A DNA stretch of 63,421 bases, filler included, from Bigelowiella natans CCMP2755 (lineage: Eukaryota > Protista > Cercozoa): assembly GCA_000320545.1 (NCBI GenBank). It is 8 parts of 8 records of this genome, joined end to end, with 100 filler letters (N's around TTAATTAATTAA, not from the genome) between each part and the next. Parts side by side here need not be neighbours in the genome. Positions count along the whole stretch, not along the records: positions 1 to 6,550 come from ADNK01002798.1; positions 6,651 to 18,736 come from ADNK01002164.1; 6 more parts are not named here. One strand, 5' to 3'. Every line of letters starts with the position of its first letter. Position 1 is the first letter of the stretch. Position numbers and translations under genes: made by a program. The notes under the pieces are model-generated. The model did not search any database, was not told the DNA's origin, and saw only the letters and a program-made list of their open reading frames with translations. Of the stretch, positions 1 to 11,565 are shown one piece after another.

Positions 1-1
1 G

Positions 2-133
2 ATAAACTCTACATTGCTGCTTCGGTGGGGGCAGCAGCAAGCGAGTGACATCCCTTCATCCTCGACGGCACTCTTGTCATCAGCTTTTTCACAAAAGGTG
101 CGACTTCCGATGATACGCACATATACAAGCACA

Positions 134-167
<34 letters not shown>

Positions 168-170
168 CGT

Positions 171-205
<35 letters not shown>

Positions 206-635
206 TATATTGTATTTATATACACATATACACAGCATATGTGATATTATTCAAACATGAATCTATGTTCCAAATGTTCTCTGCGATCGTGCCACGACCC
301 CCCCCCCCCCTCCCTCTAATAAGAGCGCTCGTTTTACACAGTCGGCGCTGAATGGCGGGGGCTATAGGACATTTGACAGAAACGAAAAAAATAAGTTACC
401 AAGTGAATCTAGCAATGGCTCTTGTGCTGTGGTACGACGCTGCTAATCTTACAAAAGAACCACATGCTTCTTTTTATCCATCATAAAACCCAAACGATGA
501 TGAGAGCGTGCTGCTGCTCGCCGCTCGCTGCTCTCCAACCCGGGCAGAATAGATAAGGACATCGAGGGAGATGTTCAGTCGTGACTTTTTGGAGCCTAGT
601 AGTTTGAAAGAGCCTAGCTTCGATAGTATTATAAT

Positions 636-701
<66 letters not shown>

Positions 702-927
702 ATCATAAACTATGCTGCTCAAGGGATGCTGTGAGGGCGGGGAGGGGGGAGGGGCAGAAGTCCCGAAGCAAACATCATCGAAGAGGATGATGGCGATTGT
801 CGGCGCTACACCTCCGGCCGAGGAGGGCTTCCTTCTCGAGGTTGACGAGGGTGATGAACTTGATGGCGTTGATCCCAATAATGCGGGAGAATGCAATGAG
901 GGCTGCTGCAGCAGCGCGCAGAAATGA
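2..927 (+). CDS. 3' part of a spliced gene, unknown low-complexity protein
   Basis: Four phase-consistent GT-AG exons: ..SSAFSQK | SALNGGGY..SCAV | IRTSREMF..SFD | KVPKQ..SSAQK*, stop at 925-927. No recognisable domain. Confidence 0.5.
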
Positions 928-1592
928 AGGAGGCATCGAAGTCCTCTTAAGCCGTCAAGTAGGAGGCGTCCGTTCCTAACGCAACACGTATAATGATACT
1001 TCCTAGAGCACTCTGCCTGTAACAAGGTCGTGCATGCCCCGTCGTCGTTGCGGATGCAATGTAATAATTATAACATTCTGGGCGTTCTTGTCGATTTTGA
1101 TGTGTATTTATCACACGTGTGAGGTATGAGAGCTAGCATGCGTGACAACGCAATGTTTTCACGGCATGGTGTTGCGGCACGCTACACCATTTCATTTCAT
1201 GTACATGCTATGAGCACTTCGTCTCCGATCGTCGTGTAATGTGTGTAGTTAGGAGGCGTACGCTCACTATACCATATATGTATAGGTCATTGACTATTCT
1301 TAATTGCAGTGCAAGCGACGCTTTATATTGTTGTTGATGTGGTATCCCAAGCATTATTAATTCTTACACATAACTAATAAGATGCGTCTGCATGTATATA
1401 AGAGGAGATGACTATTGAAACAGATCATATCATTGCATTCCGTTTCATTTATGAGACTATGCGATTTAATTGTCAAAATGGCGGCAGCTGCACATAGCGT
1501 ATCATGGCTTTTATTAGCCGCCTGACAAGCTAAATGCATGGTACTATAGCACCGTTGTAGGCAATGTACGGCATTGTTGAATGAGTGCATTT

Positions 1593-1666
<74 letters not shown>

Positions 1667-1873
1667 TTATATTTAGTCTCATATTGTAATAGGCATGCGT
1701 GCAATACGAGGTAGGAGTTGTGCCTTAGGGTTCAAGGTGATTCATAGTATGAAGATCAGGAGCCGTCTAAATGCAATACGAAAACTAGATGTAAAGGATT
1801 GTGCCAACAGCCGTACTTCCAGTGTGACCACACCCATATGGTAGTGATAAAGCGACGAGGCCACAAGATGGGC

Positions 1874-2971
1874 TCAGCCTTCATTCCTCCTCTCCGCAAC
1901 AAGCCACTCCACAAGTGCCTCGTAGGTCGCAGAGGCCCCGACCGCACTCACGAAAGCCCGAATGGGCGTTCCGATGCCGTCGATTCGAAAGTTGGGGTCG
2001 TTATATGCCCAGAATACCGACCCGCGAAAGCCATTCGAGTAAGGAAGGCGAAGCAATTCAGACGCATTGTAGTACTTCGAGGTGCTAGGAATCTCCGCGA
2101 CCACGACGGGCTTGTCGGTCAGTTTCCAATACGAGACGTTTGTGGCCATCGGATCATAGCACCATGATGAAGCAGGCCGAGGCCCCATCCAATCATAGTA
2201 GTGGACGTTGTATAGATCGAGGTGCGCCTTTGCCCTCTTGGAAGCATGTGAAAGTGCTGCGTCACTCCAGAGGTTCCCTACGGCTGGAGGCTGTCTTGCA
2301 GAGCTCCATTTTAGACTAGCACTGCCCACGGTCACCACGAAGTTACTTTTCTCATGAATTGCGGAGGCAATTGCGCCGATGAAGCGCTGCATGTCTGCAG
2401 TGTCAACGCAGTCGTTTGTGCTGCAAGGGGTGTCCTTCAAGCACCATTCCGGCTCATTTATCACCTCGAAAAAGACGTTCTTCAAGGAACTCAAGGACCG
2501 TAGAATGGGAACCAAAGCCTGATTAATGTAAGACTCTGTCAGCTCCTCACTCGATATGATGTTGGCCCGCGTCTGGCCAGAGCCCGTCTCGTCCTTGCAC
2601 ATGTCAAAGCTCCAAAGGCAAATCTGCAAGACGACCGAGTTGTTACTCGCGATCTCCGCCAGCTGAAGAAGCTCCGGAAGAAATGCTTCAGAGAGGCCGG
2701 TCACCTCTCCGGATGAGCTGTACTTGAGCCCAGCCCTCCCGTCGCAGTGCAGCCAAAACCTCGCGACATTCGAGCCGTTTTGCTTCGCCGAGGCAAAGTA
2801 CTCTCGGAACCATTCCCCGTCAAACGCGCCTCCTCCGATGTCATACCCGAAGTTATTCCAAGGGATGTTGGTCCCCACAAAGACTGGAACAGATGCAGAA
2901 GCGAAGGGCGCCGTAAGGAGGAGGCTTGCAGCCAACCCGAGCCCCACCCGCATACCCGATGCGGCCACCAT
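1874..2971 (-). CDS. Secreted glycoside hydrolase family 5, endo-beta-1,4-mannanase-like, intronless
   Basis: Signal peptide (MRVGLGLAASLLLTAPFASA), GTNIPWNNFGYDIG, NVARFWLHCDG, acid/base motif INEPEW, LDLYNVHYY, nucleophile KPVVVAE and FWAY. Pattern resembles GH5_10 mannanases. Start at Met 2971 or 2953. Confidence 0.9.
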   Translation of the reverse strand: MVAASGMRVGLGLAASLLLTAPFASASVPVFVGTNIPWNNFGYDIGGGAFDGEWFREYFASAKQNGSNVARFWLHCDGRAGLKYSSSGEVTGLSEAFLPELLQLAEIASNNSVVLQICLWSFDMCKDETGSGQTRANIISSEELTESYINQALVPILRSLSSLKNVFFEVINEPEWCLKDTPCSTNDCVDTADMQRFIGAIASAIHEKSNFVVTVGSASLKWSSARQPPAVGNLWSDAALSHASKRAKAHLDLYNVHYYDWMGPRPASSWCYDPMATNVSYWKLTDKPVVVAEIPSTSKYYNASELLRLPYSNGFRGSVFWAYNDPNFRIDGIGTPIRAFVSAVGASATYEALVEWLVAERRNEG

Positions 2972-4160
2972 GTCGCGTTCAAACCGGGCGAAGGATAACA
3001 GGCCGTTTTTACCCATAGAAATGAATATTTTTGAAGTCGCAGTCTGAAATCTCTGGGCAATTTTTGCATCGTCAGAATGGTGCTCTCTGGGCAGGCGAGT
3101 GGAGCACATGCAGGAAGCCCTTCTGATGATTCAGCTGCACTGTTGGAACTGCTGCACGCATTCTGAGCATCGTGTCAAATGTCAACTTTGTGATCAGTGC
3201 GTGTCTCAATGTTTCCATGTTTCGTTCGATCGTTCGATCACGCATCAACAAAACAAGCAAAGCAAGCACGCGGCGTGAAATTCAAAGCACAGCTCAAATT
3301 TTGATGGCAGCCAATTGTCAATGCGCGTGCAGCTACACTCACACCCTCCCGTTCGACAATGGAAACAATGTTCTTGCAACATGCTAGCATGTTCACGACT
3401 GCACTTGCGTTGTGCAAACTCCAAAATTGTCTCCAGTGTGCAGTCTAGCAGTGTCTAGCTGACTGTCTAGCTGTGTCCATTGTCGAGTCGTAATGATCGC
3501 ATTTGTGTGTCTACGCTAGCTACGGGTTGGTCTGACTGCTGATGAAACAATGTGACACATACCGCGCGCGCATTGTGCCAGTCTAGTGTGCTAGCAGTGC
3601 ATGTTGTCAGCTACCGCAGTCGCTGCTCAATGTCCACAAAATTGAGCACATGCAGCATTGCTAGATTGGAGTGCTCACAGATGCGCATGCACGTTCTAGC
3701 GTTAGTGGCGCGAAACAAGTGTGCACACAGCGGTTGATGATCAGACCCAGACCCAAGCGCACAATGAGTGGTGAGTGCGTGTTAGAACATTGTAGTAGCA
3801 TCATGCCAAGGGGACGCAAAATTTCAGTCTTGCTTGGCGCAATGTAAAGACATGCAGGTTGTGGTATCACCAAACGGAACGTTTCATCTCGTGCTGGTAA
3901 CATGCATTTACACCAATCACATCACCTTCTACTACCAAACCAAATTTGCAGCGTTGTATTCAATGACCAAGATTGTGAACAACTAAAAATTACACATGTT
4001 GTCACTAATACTCTGCTTCAGCAAGGACTCCTTTGGCATGCCTCGTGCAAGAACACGGTGCAAATCAACAGTTAAGAGCGTGTCGGTTTCCGATAAACGA
4101 TCCGGAGTTTGAGAAAGCGAAAGAATCAAAAACTCAACTTCACAACTCCCCTTTTGTTGG

Positions 4161-4825
4161 TTAATTGTCATTAAAGTAGGAACAGCACGTTGCTGATATC
4201 GACGTAGATTCTGCCGAGCTTTTTGCGTCTCTCCCTGTTTCATCATCCTCGTCATCATCAGTACCATCTTTCCCCTCGTCTGGGTGCGTCTCTTCGTCCA
4301 CTAATGTACTCTCTTTTGAGTCCCCGCCAGCGCCACTATCACTGCCATCTTCTCCAAGTCTAAGAGGCTGATAAGAACATAATCACAGATGCTTGCATAT
4401 ATAATCTCTCTCTACAAAACAACAAACTCAAAATCATTCCCCATCCCCTCCCCCCCCCCCCCCCCTTTTTCAACGATACACCAAAAAAAAACGTGCACCC
4501 GGGGGGGGAACCCTACCATCTGCTGCCCAGCCCTGGCCCTTTCATCGACCAAATTAACGGATACCTACAAAAAAACCCAAAAAAAAATAGAAAATGAAAA
4601 AAGGTTAAGCATGGAAAAAAGGGAAAAAATGGTTCTTCCTGCCCCTCTCCTGCACCCCATCGTAAAGTACCTTGAAGAATAATCGTCCAAAAGAATAAAT
4701 GAGAAGTACTGCAAGATCGAAGCTCGCGATCGCGAATTCAGATATATTATTATCCTGCACTAATTTCATCCATTTTCTCGCGTCGTGGGGGGGGGGCGTG
4801 TTGTATTTTTCAACGGGTGCTACTG

Positions 4826-4859
<34 letters not shown>

Positions 4860-5042
4860 GTGTGTGATTATTTGTTCGCCGGCTGCTTCGCCCTGAAACA
4901 GTAGTAGCATAAGAGATATGTTGGATTCGGGGTCTAAAAACAAAAACGCTCTATCCCCCCCCCCTTCTTTCAGTCTCCCGCATTGTTGTTTGTTTCTTTT
5001 GCTATTTAGCTTTCTGCTGCTGCTAATACTACTACTTATACA

Positions 5043-5076
<34 letters not shown>

Positions 5077-5568
5077 GTACCAATGGCGTTGCTGTTATAA
5101 TACATGAGAGAAACCATGTATAGTAGGGAAGGGGGCCGACAGAGCTCTCACGAATGCTTTCCGGCAGGTCTATTATCTTGAGAGATTGCCAACACGGAAC
5201 GGGGGGGGGGGGGGGAGGGTAGAGGGGAGGAATACTTGAATGTGCAATTGCAATCACACAGAATCATGCTCGCCCTGCCTCTTCATGAGATAAATATTGC
5301 CTGGAGCGTCTTTGGCCACACCAACACCACCAACAACGTCACCACCACACCGCCCTCTCCAGCAAATCACAAGAGTTGATATTGATTCACGCTCCCAGCA
5401 ACGACAGTGTTCGACTCTTGCATTTTTTTGTGATAGCAGGACACTCCGTTCCAGTCCCCCAACCTTGGAGAAGACTTCTGGCTGCGATGGCACGATATCC
5501 TAGGAGGGGGGGCGGGGAAAGGCGAAGAAAGTGAGGAAAGCGCACACACATGTAGATACACAAGGTAA

Positions 5569-5611
<43 letters not shown>

Positions 5612-5956
5612 TATAGTTCGTGTACAATGCAAAACGTACCTCTGGAGTGTCACAAACATTGTAAGTCCTTGTCCACAGCACCCTCGTACGCTTGCTGACG
5701 GGTGCGATGGAATCGGTGTGAATGTGGACGTGTGAGCGTGTGTGAGTGAGTGAGTGAGTGAGTGAGTGAGTGTGTGAGTGTGTGAGTGCGTGTGTTTGTT
5801 TTGCGTCGATATTTCCTCATATTTGACAGGGCGTCGCACATGATACAACTTTTCTCGTTTTGTTTTTCGCCGCACACTTCCCTTGGGCCTTCCACCACAC
5901 GTGCATGCAGCGCCACCACACCAGTACAATACTGGTATGTAAAGCGGAGGGGAGGG

Positions 5957-6000
<44 letters not shown>

Positions 6001-6420
6001 GGAGAAAGAGAAAAGGAAAAAGTCATCTAACCCCTCCCCGCTCCCTATCCCTTCCTGGCCACCTTGTTTCCGTCTCCCCCCCTCTTACACGAATCAGGTG
6101 AAGATACGTCTCGTGGCATTGAAGGCGAAAATCAACACGGTTTATCTGCAATGAAAAGGAGCTCGTTTTGGCAGCTGTACTACAGTTCTAGATAGTTTAC
6201 AATCATCACCATCATCATCATCATCATCACCTCGTCAGCAGCGCCATCATAATAATCGTCGTCGTCATTATCATCATCATCATCCTCATCGTCATCATCG
6301 TCATCGTCATCATCATCATCATCATCACCACACATTCGAACGAAATAACCGTCAGGGGTATCCTTGCCTCCACTCTCGCTAGAACGCATGAGTTGCCGCT
6401 GCACAACGAACAATCAAAAC
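4161..6420 (-). CDS. Spliced gene fragment, unknown function (possibly C2-like beta domain plus acidic tail)
   Basis: Short GT-AG exons between microsatellite introns: INRVDFRLQCHETYLHL, YCTGVVALHARVVEGPRE, RTRVLWTRTYNVCDTPE, DIVPSQPEVFSK, DNNISEFAIASFDLA, and an acidic last exon PLRLGEDG..YFNDN*. 5' end lost at the gap. Confidence 0.4.
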
Positions 6421-6450
6421 AAACAACGATGGGGGATGGTGAATTCATTC

Positions 6451-6490
<40 letters not shown>

Positions 6491-6550
6491 TCTGAAGATG
6501 TGGAGCTGCACGTTAAAAACATAACCAATTGCCCCCCCCCCCCCCCCCCC

Positions 6551-6650
6551 NNNNNNNNNNNNNNNNNNNNNNNNNNNNNNNNNNNNNNNNNNNNTTAATT
6601 AATTAANNNNNNNNNNNNNNNNNNNNNNNNNNNNNNNNNNNNNNNNNNNN
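6551..6650. other. Artificial contig spacer N44-TTAATTAATTAA-N44
   Basis: Identical 100-bp structure occurs seven times in the window; the linker gives stop codons in all six frames. Confidence 0.98.
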
Positions 6651-7722
6651 AAAACCAACGAATAGCTGGCGTTGCTGTTCGGCTGCTGCTGCTGCTGCTG
6701 CTGCTGCTATTTCTTCTTCTATCGCCTCCTCCTCCTTCTTCTTCCCCTCGTCGCACATACCTCTTGTTTGGCCAACCGAGAGCAAGATTCGCTAGCGATG
6801 CAGATCCAAGCCTACATCGTAGTCATTGACGACAAAACAGCGAGGAGCGGGCGAATGGGCCCGGGGAGATTGGGGGGGGGGGGGGGCACACGCACAGAAG
6901 GGATAGAACGAGAGATAGAGAATGAGAAATTCGATAAATGGCGCGAGAGTAAAGAAGAAGAAGAAAAAAAAGAAGAAAAACCAGTAGCAACAGCTAAACA
7001 CATGCATTGGTAGTCATCATCACCACCACCAACATAATTAATATTCTCATCATCATCACCATCACCACCTCCATCGCCCTCTATCACTCCTAGTGCTCTA
7101 CCTGGAGCTGTCGGAAAGATGACAGCATCTTCGCATCCCTCGATCCGCCCACCCCCCCTCTTCCGGCCTCTCCATCGCGCAGCCTCGTTGGAGAGGGGGG
7201 GGGGGAGGCCGTGTTGCTGCTACTGCTGCTGTTGGTTGCTGTGGTCGCTGCCGCGCTCTCCTCGATCATCCCGAAGACAAATTTATTCCAAGCGTCAAGC
7301 ATAGCCGAAAGAGCGGAGAATAAACGCGATTGCCTTGGTGGCCGCGGCGGTTGTGTAGTGAGCAGAGATGATGAAGATGATGACGATTCATTCCCCAACA
7401 TTGTCGTCGTCGTTGTCGTCGTTGTCGTCGTTGTCGTCGTTGTCTTCGTTGTCGCGGGCCTCTCTGATGAGGCGCCTGCCTCCCTTTTTGCTCTCGCAAC
7501 GATGCATTGGAGCTCTGTCGCACTCAGCTGCAGAACTAATATAGGTACGAGAAGGAACAAAATAAAGCAGGAGGCAAAAGGGGGGGAGGGGGGGGGAGGA
7601 GGATTTAACGCAGTACGGAAGTAATGCAAGTTTGCTTCGTTTGGGTTGGGAAAATAAAGAGAACAGCATTTAATAAGTCCACCGTTTCATCTTGCAAACA
7701 GAAAGATATCAACAAGAGGACT

Positions 7723-7780
<58 letters not shown>

Positions 7781-8381
7781 AACACACACGCACGCACACA
7801 ACCACCAACGCATACATGCACGCACACTTAGTATGATGCAATGCATGCACGGCCTTCCTACTGTTTGTTACTGCTACTACTACAACGACTACTGCTATTA
7901 GAACAACGACAACGATTATGAGGACGACGTCATGTCAATAACATGAAGACAGGCCTAATAGCAGCAGCAGCAACCAGATCGGAGCTCGGGGACTAGCCTT
8001 GCCAACGTGTGATGATGACGACGACGATAATAATGGCGCTGCTGCTGCTTCTGCTGCTGGTGGTGATGGCGATGGTAAGAAATGCCTTCTTGCCCCTGCC
8101 CCCCCCCATGACCCTTTGTGCTGCCGTTGCTGGTCTCATCAATGTAGGCCTCGATTAAAGCTCTCGAGAGCGAGATTGCGCCGAAGACGCAATCGTGCGC
8201 ACTTGTGAAGACAGAGACCTGTTGTTCAACGTCGTGGGAGCGGGGGGGCGGGGGGGGTAAAAATAGGAATGGGATACGTATTTCGGGGTCAGATGTGCTT
8301 TCATGGTTTTCTTCAACGGCACTGCGGAGAAACCGACGATTCTTTTTGTTCTCGCAATTTATTAGCATGATTAGTGCTGCG

Positions 8382-8417
<36 letters not shown>

Positions 8418-8998
8418 GTGGCATGGATGCGTTGACGGCGAAGATGAATGACGACGATGACAGTAGGGATGGAGGAGGGTTCACCACTGCTCCGGCCAGG
8501 GTACTATCGAATCGTCTCAGGTTGAACTTCCTACTCAAAACGAGCAGCAGCAGCAAGCAAGCGAGAAGAAGACAACGGTGACAAATAATCATCATAATCG
8601 TCACTTCGCACACTCGGGGCTCCCCTTCGCATCGAAAGCGCAGCATGATAGTACCTCCATCTCTCCACGTTTGCATCATCAAAGAGCTCCGCCAGCTCAA
8701 GTTTCTGATGGTAACGATGACGGTTAAAGCCAAAGGAAGGGCACAATATCAAACTACCGTCATCGTCATCTTCACTATCACTCAATGCCGCACCTTCCTC
8801 ATCCGTTGCAGCTTCTCTCCTAGCTGCCTCAACTGAATTCGGGTTGTCTCCGATACCTTGCGGGCGTTCTCGCGGATCGTGTTGATCTCCCTGAGGGAGA
8901 AGGGGGGGGGGGGGGGGGGGGAGCTCACTCACTCGACTGGAGAACATGTGAGTCTGCGCGTGTGGACAGATGATATTGTGTTGCACACGCACACACAC

Positions 8999-9070
<72 letters not shown>

Positions 9071-10664
9071 TTCTGTGGGAATTGCGCAGCATCATCCATA
9101 TTATGCATGGTTTATGTCAAATGGTGGTAGGAACCGTTCCAAACGCTCGGTTTCTTTTTGCGAACACTCTTTCAAACTGTAGCAGGGGGGTGACACCGGG
9201 GAAGTTGGGGGGAAGGGGTGGGGGGAAGCAGTCACAACTACAACTGGAAAGCAGCCAATATTACATCATAAGAAGGGGGGGGAAATAAAAAGTATTGATA
9301 TTGGTATAAAGCAGAAAGTCCTTAAATCTATGAGATTGCGCCTCTCTTTCTCCCATCCATACACATCAACAGATGCTGCTGATGAACAGAAGAGTAACGG
9401 CCCTCCCCAGCCCCATTTACCACCTTTGGATTTCTGTTTGTGTGCGTGACGCCAGCTTCGAGGCCTCTAACCATTCGTTGTGCTTCTTGCGTATCTACGT
9501 GAAACATGTATGAGAACACTACACACACACACACACACACACAAACACAAGCGACGCATGCATGCATACGTCAGTTTTCATGGACCATTGCGTTTGTGCT
9601 TGATATTTTATCCTCGTACGACTGTCTAGAAACGCCGTGCGCTGCCTTTGCCTCTTCCAGCATCGTTTGCGCCACCTAAACAATCCAGTCGGCTCAGAAT
9701 GCTTGCGAATCATCCGAAGAGGGAGATCGACATGTATGATAGCAACGAACGCCGTTAACCTCTATCTCGCGAATTTTTTCTTGGAGAACTTCTTGGAGAA
9801 CACGGACCTAGAGATACATACCAGAAGAACATGAACCACATATTTGCTGCCATCACTACTGCGCCAGCATCCTAGAGATAAGAAATACCTCTTTCGCCAA
9901 AGGCGGCTCCTCAGGACCAACAAGGAAGTTGTAGAACAAGCTCTGCTGTTGCCCAGCTGCTGACTTTGTGTCCTGCTCCCTCTTGTCCTAAATGATGATG
10001 CAATTTCCATAAGTGGCCAGCAACTTGGAAGAGTATGATGAAGAAATCATGTAACATTTATCCTATGGTGTAGCGTTTGACTAATTGGCGTCGTCCAGAT
10101 CTTTCACTGACCTTGATGGCGAACATGCAGTTCTTCATTATCGATATTTTTCGCTCCAATCGGTCCGTCTGACGTATATGGTTTTAAAAAACAAGTTGAA
10201 GCACCAATTCGGCGAGTGACCACAAGAGAAAGCACCTTGAGAATGAGACCACGGATCCGACGCTTCTGCTCCTCCACAAGCTCTCGCGCCGCAGCCTCCT
10301 CCTGAATCCTCTGGTTCTCTATCGTAACTAACCTTTTCCTCATCTCAACGACTTGCCTATCCCGTTTTGCAAACTTTTTGAGGGCCTTCCGAAGCTCGTG
10401 GCCTCTGAGAACTGTGGGGTTGGCTCCATTCATGCTGTTCTCCAGGCACGTCGGCGAGGCAAGCCCTCTACCCGTGTTCTCCTTCCCCGCCCCTAAATTC
10501 TTCACGTCATGTTCTGTTGGAGATGTTGGAAGCTCGGGGTCGTAGGAGGAGGTGAGCGGGGAGGGAGGTGTGAGCATTAATTGAGCATTGAAGGTATCGT
10601 ACTTCCGGGAGCTTGTCTGGACATTCAGACGCTCAAGGACACACAAGCGCAAAAAATATGTCAA
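6651..10664 (-). CDS. Multi-exon coiled-coil protein, unknown function (3' end truncated at gap)
   Basis: Exon chain: ..RQVVEMRKRLVTIENQRIQEEAAARELVEEQKRRIRGLILK | TDRLERKISIMKNCMFAIK | .. | VRVLQEVLQEKIREIE | VAQTMLEEAK.. | IRKKHNEWLEASK.. | REINTIRENARK.. | KLELAELFDDANVERW | .. Heptad-rich. Confidence 0.6.
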
Positions 10665-11565
10665 ATGAAGGCGTATTTTCTTGATAATAGGCGATATATA
10701 ATGTCTCAGTCAATTTTAGCAGGGCCTTAGCAATGGAAGTTTCCCTTAAGACTGGGCCGCTCGAATTCGAAAATTTTCAAAATCCCGAGAAGGAAGCTCA
10801 TGGGATTAGAGCGAAGAGCGAAATTGGAATGTGAAATGAGGAAGTGAAATGCAAGAAGAATCACCCGGTAATTTCCACAATCATCCCGGTGCTTGCTCGG
10901 AACCAAAAGTTATGAAAATGTCCGAGATTTGGGGAATGCGGCAGGGGGAAAGCCGGCTCGTCGTTTCCGTTTCGGTGGACACGGAGACGTTGTTTGATTG
11001 TTCGGACTCGTGGGCTCTTCTTGTTTTTCTTGGATTTTTCAAATTATTTTCGCTCTAAAGCATGTCATTTTTCAGCATGCGAGCACCGGACTTTCTGTCG
11101 TCAAATGAACTTCCGAGGAAAGGTCAAAAGCACAGCCCCCTTCCTCGAGAAATTCGCCATCTCATAGAAATTGAGTACGTCATGACGAAATGGATGACGT
11201 AGTGCATAATTAGGCTTTTTATGGACTTCCAGGACTTAGAGAGAGGGTCGAGATCTGTCTTAATTCTCGAAAGATGGAATGAGGGAGCTCGATTCCATCT
11301 TCATCTTTGATAAAAGAGACCGGTAACAATAAAAGTAGAAGAGGGCCGGCGACTAAAATTTGCAACTGCTCCACAGTTGGTCAAGCGAAACCTATCCCAG
11401 TCTTTTCGGCATCTAAGTTATCCTCTCGAATAGGTCGGATGGCCCACTACGCTCTATTTTTTCCATGCCTACCTAATCGTGCCCTCTGTCATTTGGCGCG
11501 TCTTGTAACTTTCGTATTTTAGGTTTTGGATTCAGTCGTCATTTACCCTGAAAGAGCAGAGCAGT

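Noticed and set aside
136-200. Dinucleotide arrays almost all about 30 nt long
   Set aside because: The uniform cap suggests k-mer collapse in assembly rather than biological length control.
474-1025. Minus-strand ORF with a Cys/His-rich start, and the many poly-CV/HT/YI/M/D ORFs in the track
   Set aside because: They run through microsatellites or are antisense to better-supported spliced genes.
3030-3840. CpG methylation decay or classical RIP as the cause of TG/CA excess
   Set aside because: CpG is plentiful and TpA is depleted, the opposite of both expectations.
4430-4680. Homopolymer-rich, odd-looking stretch (also 44152-44430)
   Set aside because: Looks like low-quality read sequence following poly-C/G runs.
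6595-6606. TTAATTAATTAA palindrome recurring seven times
   Set aside because: Always centred in N44 flanks: an artificial six-frame-stop linker. Genes such as WASHC5 and PAP do not continue across it, so cross-gap 'clusters' were not interpreted.
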